Assembly: GCA_009914755.4 (NCBI GenBank)
Contig: CP068257.2
Location: forward strand, 28,480,001 to 28,544,000
Source of the DNA: the human T2T-CHM13v2.0 reference genome, Homo sapiens
DNA: 64,000 nt
Direction of reading: 5' to 3'
Shown: positions 1 to 15,254 of the stretch, piece after piece
Layout: the number at the start of each line of letters is the position of its first letter
Numbering within the stretch: the stretch's first letter is position 1
Position numbers and translations under genes: made by a program
The notes under the pieces: generated by a model
What the model was told of the DNA's origin: nothing
Seen by the model: only the letters and a program-made list of their open reading frames with translations
The model's database searches: none

Positions 1-1200
1 CTGCCATCTAGGCTTCGTTGTTCCATTTATAGAGGACAGGCAGAACAGATTTAGCATAATTCTTAAGAGTCTTTGGATTTTCAGACTGGTAGAAGAGCAT
101 TGGCTTAAAGTCATTGTATGCATTAGCCCCAAACAAGAGAGTCAGCCTGTCCTTTGAAGTATTGAAGCCAAGAACTGACGTATCTCTAGCAATGTCTTGG
201 ATGGCAGTTTATTCCAATAGCAGCCCTTTTTGTCTACATTGAAACCTATTGTTTAGTGTAGTCCTCCTTCATCAATTACCCTAGGTAGTTCTAGATAACT
301 TGCTGCAGCTTCTACGTCAGCACTTGTTGCTTCATCTCGCATTTCTATGTTATGGAGATGGTTTCTTTCCTTAAACCTCATTAACCAAACTTGCTAGCTT
401 CCAACTTTTTTTCTGCAGCTTCCTCAAGTTTTTCAGCATTTGTAGAATTTATAAAAGAGTTAGGATTTTGCTCTAGATTAGCCTTGGCTTAGGAGAAAAC
501 CGTGGCTTGTTTAATCTTCTATACAGATCATTAAAAATTTCTACACATCAGCAGTAAGACGGTTTCCCTTTATTATCATTTGTGTGTTCACTGGAGGATT
601 TAAATTTTCTTCAAAAACTTTTCTTTTGCATTTACAATTTGGCTAACTTGTACAAGAGGCCTACCTTTTGGTCTGTCTTGGCTTTTAATATCCTCACTAA
701 ACTTAATTATTTCTAACTTTTGATTTAAAATGAGACTTGCAACTCTTCCTTTTACTTGAATATGTAGAGGCCATTGAAGGGTTATTATTGACCTATTTTT
801 AATATTATTGTGTCTCTGGGGATAAGGAGGCCCCAGGAGAGGAATAAAGGAGGAAATGGCTGGTCAGTGGAGCTGTCAGAACACAACATTCATCAATTGA
901 GGCTGTCATCTTATATGGGCATGGTTTGTGGTGCCGCAAAACAATTGCAATGTCAATATCAATGATCACTGATTACAGCTCACCATACAGATATAATAAT
1001 AATGAAAAAGTCTGAAATACTGTGAGAATTACCTGAATGTGACACAGAGACACAACTTGAGCACATGCTGTTGGAAAACTGGCACCTGTCGACTTGCTCA
1101 TCACAGGGTTGCCACAAACTTTCAATTTTTAAAAAATGCAATTTTGTGAAGCACGTTGAAGTGAAGTGCCATGAAGCAATGTGTGCCTGTATTTGGTGTT
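1..1200. mobile_element. Probable TcMar-Tigger (Tigger1-like) DNA transposon fragment, cut by the window start
   Basis: The 3'-terminal region resembles the Tigger end ('gttgccacaaactttcaatttttaaaaaatgcaattttgtgaagcacgttgaagtgaagtgccatgaagcaatgtgtgcctgta'). No ORF is conserved. This is recognition from memory only. Confidence 0.35.
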
Positions 1201-3267
1201 TTAATCAGAATCTTTAATGTTTTTCTTAAAATTCAGATGGTTTGGAAATGCATCCTGAGGACACAAACATACAGCAAACCGAAGCATCTATTGTACCCCC
1301 CAACTATGCATCTCTCATAGTGCCTTACAAGAGGGAAACATAATTTGAGAAAATAGAGTCTATTAAGCCCCTCAGATATTTCACAGTGTACATTTTTGTG
1401 TTGCTACAACTTTGTGCATTCCTCTTTCTGTTCCATAAAAAAAGGAACTGCTAGAAACTCGGCTCTTTTCCAAATTGCTATGGGTCCCATTTACTTTTGT
1501 TTTATGTGGAGCTACTCTGCAATATAAACACTATTTTTGTTCTGAAATAGAATTATTATGTTTTAGGTCACATTGGAAAACTTGTGCATGTCTGGGATAA
1601 GCACTGCTTTCTGATTTTCCCAAGAAGCAATCTTTATCTTAAATAAATGGCCTGGCTCTTTCTTAAGCCATTTTAATTTGAAAAGTACCAAAGGAATAGC
1701 AAATTTCAAAGTCTTTATACTGCTGCACCTGTGTGTGTGTATATATGTGCTTCTTATCAAGATAATTCTGTTGCTTTGAGCTCTCTGACACTGGGAAGAA
1801 AACATCCCACTTCATATATTTCTGGCCAGGTTTCTATGATTAATTTTATGCTACAAGAGAAAATTCCAAAGACCTGTAGTGTCAAAGATCACGTTGAACA
1901 GCCTAGCTTTTGATGTTCTTTCTCTTTTTAAGAAATCACATACATGTCTCCGCATAGTCTACTCAGTTCCAGAATTATGAATGATGATCAGCTCTTGTGA
2001 CACTATCTTAATAAATTCTTCGATTTCATACTACTTTTTTCAACAAGTGTTTATTAGATAACTATGTTATTTTCTGAAATATCCTAGGTAGTGACAGAAG
2101 TATGTGAAATAATCAATCTTTAAATTCCTTACATTTTAAAAAGGTAACAAGATATGCTAAATTGTAAAAACAAGTAGTGTAATCATAGGAAATGTATATA
2201 AAGAAAGACTAAACATAATATACATTTAAATATCCAGATCAATGGACAAATAATGAGAAATTTTAGTTTTACTGAAGTTTTCTAAATACACTCCAAAGAA
2301 GATGTAGGATTTGAGACAGGTGAAGAATTCTGAAAGAGGAAAAATAAGATCAATGGCTTAGCAACAAGGGTGCTTGTGACTCATATGTCTTGTGGAGACC
2401 AGCTAGTCTGAAGTGAGGCCAAAAGTTGAGAGTTGTGAAGAGTCTAGACTAGCAAAATGGAACTAAACTGCCCCATGGAGCTTGGCACATCATATAAGGG
2501 ATAGAGGCGCAGACTTGGTCCAATAAGTAATGAAGGTGTTGATAAAGGAAATGGCGTGGTAAAAACCTACTTTGTGAAATGTAAATTTGCTGACTGTGCA
2601 AGACGACATGACTTTGGGGACACTATAGTTAAGAAATCTTGTCACTTTCCATATGTGAGTTCATTAGAGCTGGGGCTAGGGTGAAAGCAGAGAAAATGAG
2701 AAGAAAATGTCAAACAGGGGAGACATTAATGCAATGAATTTGGTGGTAACTTACATAATAAAAAAGAAAGACACTACAGTCCATTGTAGCATTCCATATT
2801 TGGTGCCTGGCATCTGATGTTTCCAGTAACAGAACTGGAGAAACTAGGGAAAGTATTACTAAGTGGGAAAGACAAGGAAGTCAGTGCCTGGACTAATAAG
2901 ATAAACTTGGGGGTCCTCTGAGGGATAAATATCATAAAGGTGATAGTAATTATCAATCAGAACGAAGTTAGGATGGTGATATTGATTTGGAAAAGGGGGC
3001 ATTAAAATGGCAATTGTAAAGTCTAAGTAAGTAGGCTCACCAAGAAAAACACAGCAGAGAGAGAAAAGTAGAGGACAATTGATAAATGGTTTAGTCATGT
3101 TCACCATTAGGAGATGGAGGCTTCCCTCCATCCATGTGATGAGGATGTCACATCAAAGAGGGGGGAATAGTTGGAGAGGTAGGGAGTTTTCCTAAGTAAT
3201 GTCATGGAAGTCAAAGGAGGAGGGAGTGTTTGTTTGAAAATATTGGCTTTTTAAGTATAAAGCAGAA

Positions 3268-3295
3268 CAAGAAAGGAAGGAAGGAAGGAAGGGGA
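3268..3295. repeat. (AAGG)n microsatellite
   Basis: Direct reading: 'aaggaaggaaggaaggaagg'. Confidence 0.9.
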
Positions 3296-4814
3296 AGACA
3301 ATTCCTTTAAGTGAGAGAAGAGAGTTATAACTCGACTCTTAATAGAGCTATTTAGTATAATAGCAGGAACAAAATCATAATTGCAGGGTGGAAGGGAAGA
3401 AAGGCAAGGTGAAGTAATGTAGGTAGAAGATAAAACCAACATCATTGAAAGTGCCTATATAAAAGATGTGACAATAATTAGGAGCCAGAGGATAAAGTGG
3501 AGGCTTTCCCATTGCGCCTCCCCAAAAGAAGAGATTTCTTTACATATGTGAAAGTAAAGTATTTAAGTGGAAGTAAAGTATTTAACTTATTTGAGAAGTT
3601 AGGATTTAAAGCATACATGAAGTGGTAAGATGTGTCTCTTCTCCTTCACCAGGTTAACCTCTCTATCTGGATCTTTGTTAGTGCATCTTTTTAAATCTCT
3701 CCCAAAACCTCGTGTCATTAATTCTTTTTTTTTTTTTTTTGAGGTTTTCATTCTCAAGCAGCTGTCTGCACTGGCTTCTTGCCAGTGTCTGCAAACACAC
3801 TCTGGTCTCCCCATCCACAAGATATTTTCTCTTACTTGTGCTATACCTCTCAGCTACAAGCTCTCTCTTTTTCCCTCTTATAGAGTTTTCTTCCCTTACT
3901 TTTACTAGAGCTTCCTTTGTGTTCATAGTTCTGCACGCTCCACAAACACTGCTCTTGTCAAGATTATTAATGCGCCTTCATTACCAGATCAACCTGCTGA
4001 TGTCTTTTTCCTTCTTAAAACACTGTTTCTTTTTGGTTTTATGACACCACACTCCGGGCTTTCTTTTATCTCTCAGTATTCTTTGCTAATTGCCTCACTG
4101 TCCTCTCTTCCTCTCACTTGTTCTGCAATCCACCACGCTGCTCTCGTGGCTCCAGCTGTCATTCTTGTGCACTTGAGTCCCAATTCTGGATAAGGGCCTA
4201 CGTCTCTCCTGACTTGCAGACTGGATACTAGATCCCACACAACCCTCTAACTCAATGTTTCTATGGCTGAAGTCATATAGGATAGATATTCCCAAACCTG
4301 CTTTCCTCCTGGTGTTCTGTATCTCAATAACAGCCCACTCTCCGCTCAGTTATCCAAGCCAGAAATTTTGCTGTTATCCTTGCTCTCTCCTTCTTCCTCT
4401 TCTCTCACATCCCATCTGCGAGTAAGTCTTCTTGGTTTTATTTCCTAAATATCTACTAAATCCATCTATGTCATTTCACCTTGACTGCCACCATACTTAT
4501 TCAGGGCACTATAATTTTGGCCTAAATTGTTGTAGAAAATCCCACAACTGATGTCTTTGCTACTGGTTTTTGTCCTTTTCCACCTGTTTCCTTAACATCT
4601 CTTCTGCAATTCCTAAAGCAGCCCTAAAATATGAGCCAAGTCTTGTTATTTCCCTGGATGGAACACTTCCGCAGCTCTCCACTGGGCTCTTTATAACATA
4701 CAAATCCCTTAACATGCCTATGTATTAGCTTTTTAAAAGTATTAAATACTAAAAATATTAAATATCTGTGTGCCAGACATTGTCTAACATAACCACTGAG
4801 TTCCTCCAATGAAT

Positions 4815-5105
4815 GTTTTTGTTTTGTTTTGTTTTGTTTTTTTAGATGGAGTCTCACCCTGTCGATAGGCTGGAGTGCAGTGATGCAATCTCGGCTCACT
4901 GCAACCTCCACCTCCCAGGTTAAAGCTATTCTCCTGCCTCAACCTCCCGAGTAGCTGGGACTACAGGCCATGCCAGCTATTTTTTTGTATTTTTAGTAGA
5001 GACAGGGTTTCACCATGTTAGCCAGGATGGTCTTGATCTCTTGACCTTGTGATCCGCCTGCCTCGGCCTCCCAAAGTGCTGGGATTATAGGCATTGCGCC
5101 TGGCC
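4815..5105 (-). mobile_element. Alu SINE in antisense orientation (AluS-like), preceded by a (GTTTT)n/poly-T tail
   Basis: The reverse complement of the Alu consensus is visible: 'agatggagtctcaccctgtcgataggctggagtgcagtg...gcctcccaaagtgctgggattataggcattgcgcctggcc'. Confidence 0.9.
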
Positions 5106-8100
5106 CCATCCAATAATGGTTTAAATCAAATCGGAGTTACTGCAGTGCCTCTTTGTAGTCTCTGCTTTCCACGTCCTTCCTAGTAAATCCATGCGGACTT
5201 CTCCGGGAAAATCTCTTATTCCACCTCATGTCTGTGCTTCAGCCAGATTAAATCTTTTCTACATGCTCTCTCTTGTGAACATGCTCTTTTTTATGCCTAC
5301 ACCTAATTTCCATCCCACCTCACTGCCTTTTCTTAGCTAATTCTTACTAAAATTTTAGATCATAACTTGCATGTCACTTACTTCCGGAAGCTGGCACTAA
5401 TATGCTACCAATTCCAGCTTGCACATCAATGCTATGCACTTCCCCACCATTCGATATTTGCCACTCAAGGCATTTATGATATTTTATTATAATCACCTGT
5501 CTACCCCAATAGACGGTAAGCTTTCTGAGATCGTTACTTGTTTTGTCCACCTTTGTATCTGTCAAGGCAGTGGCCTGCAGAGAGTAAGTGCCTGGTGATT
5601 ATCCTTTGAATGAGTGAAGGAATGAATGGTTTTGATGTAGGTTTATGTCTATATAAGGAAGATAAATGAAGAAATTCAGGTTTCAATGCTCTTATGAGGT
5701 AAGAGCGTCTGTTCAGAATGTGAGTTTGGCCACAGGAAAACGTAAACAAATAGAAAGAAACATGGAGTTCTGGAGTAGCCTTAATGATCATCAAGAAGAA
5801 ATAGAATTGTTGAGGTATGTAAGGAAGCCAGAGTAAAATTGGATGGCAAAGACTGAACAATGATTTCTGCACCTTTCTCCAGAGGGAACTGTGCTACAGA
5901 GAAAGAGCTCAGAACTCAGAAGTTGGTTGATAGAAGCCCAAGGCTGAGAATCAATTCAGTGCTTAGAGTGGCATGCACTAGTATGTGTGTGTGTGCCTCT
6001 GTTTGTGTTGGAGATAGAGGTATCTGTGAGGTGGTGTACAGCATAGAAATGATAGTGGTTGTGAAGCCAACATATATATATATAACCAAACCTAAAATTT
6101 GAATGAAAAGAGATCCACTCTGCTGGAATAAATTAGATGATATGTGTGAATGGGAGATTTAGAATGGCTACAGGTTCCACTTCACTTCACTAGTGAAAGG
6201 AAGGTATTGAGAGAAGAGAAGCAGAGCATCAAAGAATTTATCAAATTTAGTATTTACTAATTTATCTCATTGCCTGTAATGACAGAAAACTACTTTTCAC
6301 AAATATAGGTGTTTCTATCCAAGTCAGAACTGGTCAATAAGAAATAGTTGATTCTTCACTGGCAAAATTGTGATCAATAGGATGATTGGAGTTTCTTAAA
6401 AAAAAATGTGAAGTCCCTTTCCATATTTCTTTTCTTGATTTCAATCAGTGTAGAAAACAAACACTGGAAGACTCATTTCCCCAGGGCAACTAATTTATCC
6501 ATTTAATGCACTCATTTTGGGATGAATCAATAAACTCTCCAAGTATTTATTGATCCCCTATTTTTGGCACAAGATGATGCTAAGTACTGAGAGTAAACAA
6601 GAAAAATATAAAGCATGATCTCTACCCTCTCAATCTGCAGTGTGCTCCTGTGTCAGTTAATCTGCCCTGATTTCATTGTCATTTCACTTTTGTATACTAG
6701 GAACAGTGTTGTGATGGTGTTAGTCGTTAACGGTATTAGTGACAAAGACTTTTACTGATAATTTCTTGCTATTTAGCTGGTCTTCCATAATTCTTTTTAG
6801 AGTCATCCATAACTACTGGCTCTTTTATGTAATCAACTGTCTTTTCATTTTTTTAAATAAAATGCTAATTTGATAGCATGTTGTAGGTGATAGTAAGCTT
6901 CTTGTGAATTTTAACATCAATATTCCCTATGCTATTCCGTAAAATGTGCTGTTTCTTACTTAAAGAAAGACCTGAATTATAGTGTTTTCTGAATTTGCAT
7001 TGTGATGTATTATAGCTTTGGTTTTATTAATATTCCAAGTAATAAAACCTCTTTAGTCTAATTAACCTTTTGTTCCTTCTGAAAGTTCTACAATTACATT
7101 ATCATTATTTATCATTAATTTGTACAATTATTCATTAAATCATTTATTTATCTTCCTTCTTAAATATAGCCATTATGTTTATGATTTAGAAATATTTTCC
7201 AAGTCTTACTTGGATTTTCCTATTTATATGTAGCTAAGCTTTATTGAATGAATTTTAATGACTTTTTCTGGAATTTCATAATTTAAACATGAAAGCTACA
7301 GAGCCATGATGCTACCTTTCACTTATGAGCTGAGATTTTGTCTAAATTTAGACTGAGAAGTGCAACTTCTATAACCACTATTGATGTTTATGTGGAAATA
7401 TTTTATTTAAGCCGTGAATCAATGTCACAAACCAAAGAAGATAAATGGCAGATACATTTGTTGCAAGACACCATCAGTGAATCTCATAGCCAGTGATGTG
7501 GTTAATTCATGAAAGAATGAAAATAAGACAAAGTAAGAACACCTATTATTTCTGCATTGATAACATCTTGCACTTTTATTCTAACAGATAATGCTCTGCC
7601 CATCTTTTCTCATAGTCAAAATATTGTCTGTAGGAATGCCTCTTTCTGGATTAAAGCAGTAGGCGCTTCTAGAAATCTTTTGAAACACTGGAGTGACTGG
7701 TCTAAAAAGCCAAGGCTATACTGCCTGAAAGCTATTTACAAGTGGGATAGTTACCCATTTGTGCAGAAATGGTTATATGAACCTTTATTAAGGTTAGTGG
7801 ACTCTGAAAAATCTTCTGGGTTTAAGTTTCTATTATTTGTCTAATATTTTCTTTGACATTTCGAAGAATTCTAACAATAAAAATTCTTAGATTCAAGCCT
7901 TATGTCTTCCCTTTCCATGGACATTCTGCTTTGATGGCTAAGTAAAAGAGACAAATCCCTATGGCTGTTGATGAGCAGTGCAGTAGAAAAATGATTTCTA
8001 ATCCCACTCAAAATTTTGCAAAATGCAAACTGATAAACATATGATCACTTCAGGAGCATTCAAAATGGCCACAATCACAGGCACGTTCTCTGCAGGACCT

Positions 8101-9374
8101 GCCTACTTTTACAATCTGAAGCTATGCAGTCATATAATTGGAAGCATTCCCACCAGTCCCTTTTGAGGCAGGGAACTTAGGCTGAATATTTAATACGAGT
8201 ATCCATAGAGCTATAGTGAAGAATGTGGACATGAAGATAAATAATGGGAACTCTTATAAAATCTGGGCCATACATATATTTTTATATTGTGCAGTAGTAC
8301 ATAGTAGTACATACGTACTTACATCTGCTATGCTTTGTTACTTTTCCTCACTTTACTCTTTTCCCCTTGTGCATAGTACTGAGTTAATATTCAGTATGCA
8401 CAGCTACATAATTATAAATGCTAAGCAAAGTTTCTAGATTTATATGCTCTGCGAACAGAGCAGCATAACAAATTAAAGATTATAAATCAATTTAGCTATC
8501 CCAAGTTGGAAACTTTTAAAAATGTGTTTATTTTTTAATCGTTTTTTTCTCTCCAAACATTTGAATACTTTGCCTTTGATATATGTTTTGTTGTGGTGGT
8601 TGTTTCCCCAGGAAATATATGGAGGTATTCACAGGAAGTCAACATTTATTTGGGATCCAATTGTTTTAGTATTATTTTTTTCCTTAGGGCACTGCCTGGA
8701 AATTCAGTATAAATGTTTTTTAATGCACAAACATTGCTTATCAACCTGTCAATCAAGGAATCTTTGAATAGAAGAATAATGCTAATTTAATTATCATTTG
8801 TACATATTAAAATTTTGTGTAATTTTACCTTCCTGTAACACAAAGGACAGAAATTAAGAACCCAAACCCATGTCTAAAATATGAAACTTGAAATCTTAAT
8901 GTAATTATCTATGATGCAAACTTATAGAAGAATTTCTAATTGTCAAAAGATGTAGAAATCTATTTTAAAAAATAGATTCCTGCTAATTGACACAGTACTT
9001 AGAAGAAAAATATATATATTCAAAAATACGTATTGCTAATACATATTCTAATTGCCATAGTCCTTAGTAGAAAAAATATATGTTGAAATATAATTTTTAA
9101 AGTGCCAGGAATAGCCTTTTAAACACATTTTGGCAAGTTTATGTAAACCTCTTAAGTTAGATCACTTTAAATATTTCTCATTTTCAGAAATAAATTCTGA
9201 ACCCTAACCACATAGATAAATTTTCTAATTAGAATTTGTGGTTTGTGGATATGGAGCAAACCATTTCATGTGTCAAAATAGCCGATTTTAGTCTCACACA
9301 ATAAAGACAGATAATTTGTCCTATATTTAGGTTACATAATTTTGCCATGGATATTAAACTCTTTTTATGTTTTT

Positions 9375-9730
9375 TTATTTTTAATTTTTGTGGGTACATA
9401 GTAGGTGTATATATTTATGGGGTACATGAGATGTTTTGATACAGACATGCAATGTGAAATAAGCACATCATGGAGAATGGGGTATCCATGCCCTCAAGCA
9501 TTTATCCTTTCAGTTACAAACAATTCAATTACACTCTAAGTTATTTTAAAATGTACAATTAATATTAACTATAGTCATCTTGTTGTGCTATCAAATGAAA
9601 GGACTTATTCATTTCTCCTATTTTTTTGTACACATTTACCATCCCTACCTCCCCTCCAGCCTCCCACTACCCTTCTCAGCCTCTGGTAACCATTCTTCTA
9701 CCCTCTATGTCCAATATTAAACTCTTTTAA
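9375..9730 (-). mobile_element. L1 LINE 3'-end fragment (antisense, 5' truncated)
   Basis: Reverse complement of the L1 3' UTR and end: 'tttttgtgggtacatagtaggtgtatatatttatggggtacatgagatgttttgatacag...catccctacctcccctccagcctcccactacccttctcagcctctggtaaccattcttctac'. Confidence 0.75.
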
Positions 9731-10200
9731 AGTTCAATTTTTCAAATTATTAGCTCTCAAAAAATCAGTTTGTTGGGAAACAGATTTAAAATTCAGGTGT
9801 GGACTAGAATATTACAGAATAAAATACAGACTACATTGCAAGGAGTAATATTAGTAAGTGTGTTTTTTGAAACTTTTAGTTGGACTGTGTATGTATGTAG
9901 GTTCTATTTGCAATATAATATATATAGGTAAAATATATACATATAAGTATTCATTTTTAACTGTGAATAAAAGTGATTGACTGCAATTATTCTAAAGTTC
10001 TATCTTTTTAGTATCAATAGCCAACTATAATAGTTGCATATTATTATTAGTTGTACTAATTTAAGTGAACCATTATTTACTGAATAATAACTGTGCACCA
10101 AGTAATGTGTGATGCCCACATTTTTATCTATTACTAGTCCTTATAATTCTGTGAGATGATAGTTAAAATTTTCCTTGTTAAAAATTAAGAAAATAAAACA

Positions 10201-10505
10201 GGCCAGGCTTGGTGGCTTACACTTGTTATCCCAGGACTTTGGGAGGCTGAGGCGGGCAGATCACGAGATCAGGAGTTCGAGACCAGCCTGGCCAACACGG
10301 TGAAACTCCATCTCTATTAAAATTACTAAAATTAGCTGGGCATGGTTGAGGGTGCCTGTAATCCCAGCTACTCAGGAAGCTGAGGCAGGAGAATCGCTTG
10401 AATCCAGGAAGCAAAGTTGCAGTGAGTCGAGATGGTGCCACTGCACTCCAGCCTGGGTGACAGAGCTGGACTCCCATCAAAAAAAAAAGAAAAAGAAAAG
10501 AAAAC
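10201..10505 (+). mobile_element. Alu SINE (sense) with an A-rich tail
   Basis: 'ggccaggcttggtggcttacacttgttatcccaggactttgggaggctgaggcgggcagatcacgag...gcactccagcctgggtgacagagc' followed by a poly-A/(GAAAA) tail. Confidence 0.9.
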
Positions 10506-13500
10506 ATAAAACACAACTGATTAGAACTTGAAAGGTTGCAACGAACACACTGATATAAGATTTTTTTATACTTGAATTTTTCAGGTCTTTAAAAGATATT
10601 ATTTCAAATAACTGACTTCAGTGATTGAGTTCTGGAAATTTTGAGTTAAACCTAGTGTTTTTTATGCAGTAATTATTTGGAAATTTAATATGCTAATTGG
10701 TATGTTGAATCATCAAATAAAAAGAGATGAATACACTATGAATTTCTGAAACTTATTTCACCTTAGAACCATTTAAAAATATTATGTCTTCAGACTATGT
10801 TTACTGGAACACACCCTGAGAAATGCTTAATTTAATCATGTCAATACATGTAACTCAAAAGAGACAAGGCCTTATAAAGCAAATGTGTATAATGTAATAA
10901 TATTTGATAGTGTTTCCTTGAAATCAGACTAAACTCTAATTTTTCTATTAGCAAGACTTTAAAAATAAAAGTTTTTAATATCTTCAAGTTCAAGATTCAA
11001 TTTAAATGATATACTCTGGCCCATTTTCCTAGGGAACACACTTCAGTAAATTTAGAAATAGTAAATGCATAATGTTTACTTTCCCTTCACAAAAATTGCA
11101 ATGTAAATTTATCATTACCATTTATGTTTTTAAAATAGTTTGCAGTGGACAATTATCAGACATTGCCAGCAACCTATGTTTCTTCAAGTCACTTCATGTT
11201 GAAGTTACTCCTTCAGTACACAAGTACATAAACCATTACTATTTATTTTGTTCCATCTCCTTTCACAGATTTTAGGAATAGGAAAGAATTTCAAATCTGT
11301 TTAAGCTAATGTATGGATTTCCTAAGTGAGCTGAACGCAGTGGTCCTTTTGCCTACCACTTTACTTCAAACATTATAGCCTCTTTTCCTCCCACTGATGG
11401 TTTACAATACACAAGAAATCGTGAGAAAAATTAAAAATTAAAAAAAAAAACGGAAAGAAAAAACAAAGAAAACCAAATAAAATACACTAGAAAGCACCAT
11501 CACAAGAGGTTCTGCTTTAATGGTTTGCAGTGTAGCCTTTAAATCTATTTTTTTTTTTAAGAAATGTCCTGTGTGTGCCATAAATGGAGGACCACAGAAG
11601 GGTTTCTAATTTCTGCCGTGGACTAGCGAGGATTGACTCACTGACTAGGCTACTGAGATTCATATTCTTTGCTCCTATCAGCTTTTCTAAGTCTTGTGCG
11701 TTGGGCCCTTTCTTATCTGCTCAAGGTTCCAATGCACTTCCCACCAAGCTTCCATGTGAGCCAGCTTTATCTTCAGTCTCATTTTTCTGTAGAGTTACCA
11801 AAGCTGTCTATATCTGCAGACATATTTAGTCGGGTGGCCTTCTGTTTTCCAGTGTTCCTTCCTAATAAATCTCTCTGCCTAAAGAACTGGCATGACTACA
11901 GGGGGACATAAGGAGATGAGGGTCTCTCATTGTGAACTACTTGTTCTTGTTCCCATGGTAGGAAAACCCTTTTCTTCAGTCAGAGATCAGGAGGCTTCAC
12001 TATCCCTTTCTTGAAGTGTTTTCACTCCTTTACGGCCCACCCTCCTGGGAGGGCCTGGGAGACACGAATGGCTCACCTGTTAGAACTTCCTGGACATGCC
12101 TGCTTCTGTAATTTGCACAGAGATTAGTATGCAGCACTGAAATACTAGAAAAATAGTGTCTGTTATAAATGCAACTATTGCTTCTATTCTCTTTACCACC
12201 ACAGCGACACTGGTAAGCACTTTACATAATTATTACATTTAAGCCTAAACACATACTTTTAAAATTGGCATGTGCATTCTCCTTTTTTAATGAGCCAAAT
12301 GAGTGACAGAGGGGTTAAATCATTTTCTTGGAGTAACTCCAGCAAAATTTGAACCTGAAGCAATGTGATTCTCTGGCAAGGTTAGCCTTGGTATAGAATG
12401 AAGCTCATTTGGTCACTATGAATTGATACTTAGGACAGGGCTCAAACCACATGAGCTAGCCTTATCTGTCTCTTCATTTTACAAGAACAGAATTTTAATG
12501 TCTACTTACCAAGGTTGCAGGGTTTGTCTCTATATATTACACAACAAATTTAAATAGAACCTTTTTCTGCAATGGCAGGTTGTGGACCTGCTCAGAGAAC
12601 AGAATGCCCTCTTGAGGATGGGGAGCAGGGCAAGACTGGCCTGCACAAGTCTAACTGACTAATAATTCATGTTGGGAGTATCAGCAAAGGTGGAGGAAGC
12701 TAAACACAGATCTGAGGGAGAAGGAATTATGGGAGGGTTTGGCATTTTGTGGAGGGATTTAATTCTTATATGAGTCACTGAGTAAAACACAGAGAGGGAG
12801 AGGCTAACTAAAGAGGAAGGGAAATGAATCAATTTGGTGGTGCAGAGAAAAGAATTAGAAGATAAACATGGAAAATCAGAAGGAGAAACAGTAGATGGAA
12901 TTAGATAATCTTTTGATAAGTCCTTGGATTTTTTTTCTAAAATTCTGGAATTCACTTACATTTACAAATATTTCAAATTAATCAAAATAACCATTCTACT
13001 ATTGTCAATGACAGAGAGGCAACACATTTACCCAGCATATATTTTCTGGACACGTATTGAACCACGTGCTAGATCAAACTACACAGGAAAAAAAATCACC
13101 TCAGTTTGCTTAAAGTAAGGAAAAGAGAGAACCCATATACAAACATGTACTCACCATATAACTCTGAGGCAACAAGCAATTTATTTGTCATTGACACTAA
13201 ATGAACTACTATATAAAAAAAATACCCTGACAGGAACTGGCTTGAGAATAACAAACCACATTCTCTGAAAATGCAGTCTACAAACAACTTAGTTTAGTTG
13301 AACTAATTGAAGACGACTAACGGTGTAGTTGCTCTTTATCTTCAAATGAGAATTATGTTTGAGGCCAATGAATATCATGATTTAACCATAAAAATATTAG
13401 CTAGAATTTTTATTAAATGGAAACCCATACCATAAAAACACTCATGAAAAATCTGAAATGGTTCTATTAATATCCAGCAAAGTGAACTTAAAGACAAAGT

Positions 13501-14008
13501 ATTACCAGAAATAAGAGGCATTTTATAATGCTAAAATGGTCAGTTCATCAAGAAGACATGGCTGTCCTAAATGTGTTGGTACCTTTTAATAGAGTATCAA
13601 AATAAATGAAGCAACAACTAACAGAAATACTTTTGATATAAACAAATCCACAAATAAAGTTAGAGATTTTAGCACTCCCCTCTCAGTAATTGATAGGACA
13701 ATACACTAAAAATTGGTGTGGATATAGATACAGATAATATTACCTACCAACTCAGTCTGCTTGAATAATCTTCCTCCTATGTGACAATAAATACAACAAA
13801 TCCAAAATGCACAACCTTCTGAAGAGCACGTGTGCACATCCACCAAGACATATCACATGGCGGGTGTAAGGCAGTGTGGCAAAATTCCTCATCACCTGTC
13901 CTTGCTCCTTGTGAATTCACCTTGTGAATGTCTCAGGTTGCAAGTGTCCTCCACTGTCAAGCTGTCCACATGCGGAACAATGAGAAGGAGAATGGCATGC
14001 AGGGCTAA

Positions 14009-14404
<396 letters not shown>

Positions 14405-14830
14405 TAGTGATTTTCCACCATGATTCCTTTCTTCCTGAATGTCTACTCTTTCCTTTATGACCAAATTTAAGTTTCAGTTTACTTTCCACAATGTCTACAA
14501 TCCACTCTTCTCTCTACTTTGAACATCGTAAGCATATACTACATATTATTGTTTAACTCTTTCCTGCATTTATGCTTTATCTCCTCCACTGAATTAAAAT
14601 TTTTGTGAGAGCAGATGTCACACTTTGCATTTCTTTGGAAATACTGCCTAACTAATTGCTCAATAATTGCTTGTTAAATTAACATGGCAAGTAAAGGTTG
14701 AAAGCTACCTTTTGAAGTTTTATAGCTTCAACTTACTTTTGGAGACATATTTTTAAGGTGTCTTACACATGGCCTACATATTTTACAAAGACACATGTGC
14801 TGCTAAAAGATGAATTGAGCTACTATTTTA

Positions 14831-15203
<373 letters not shown>

Positions 15204-15254
15204 TCAGAGAGATAAGAATTTTAAAATACTCCCAAGGTAAACAGTACTTTGAAA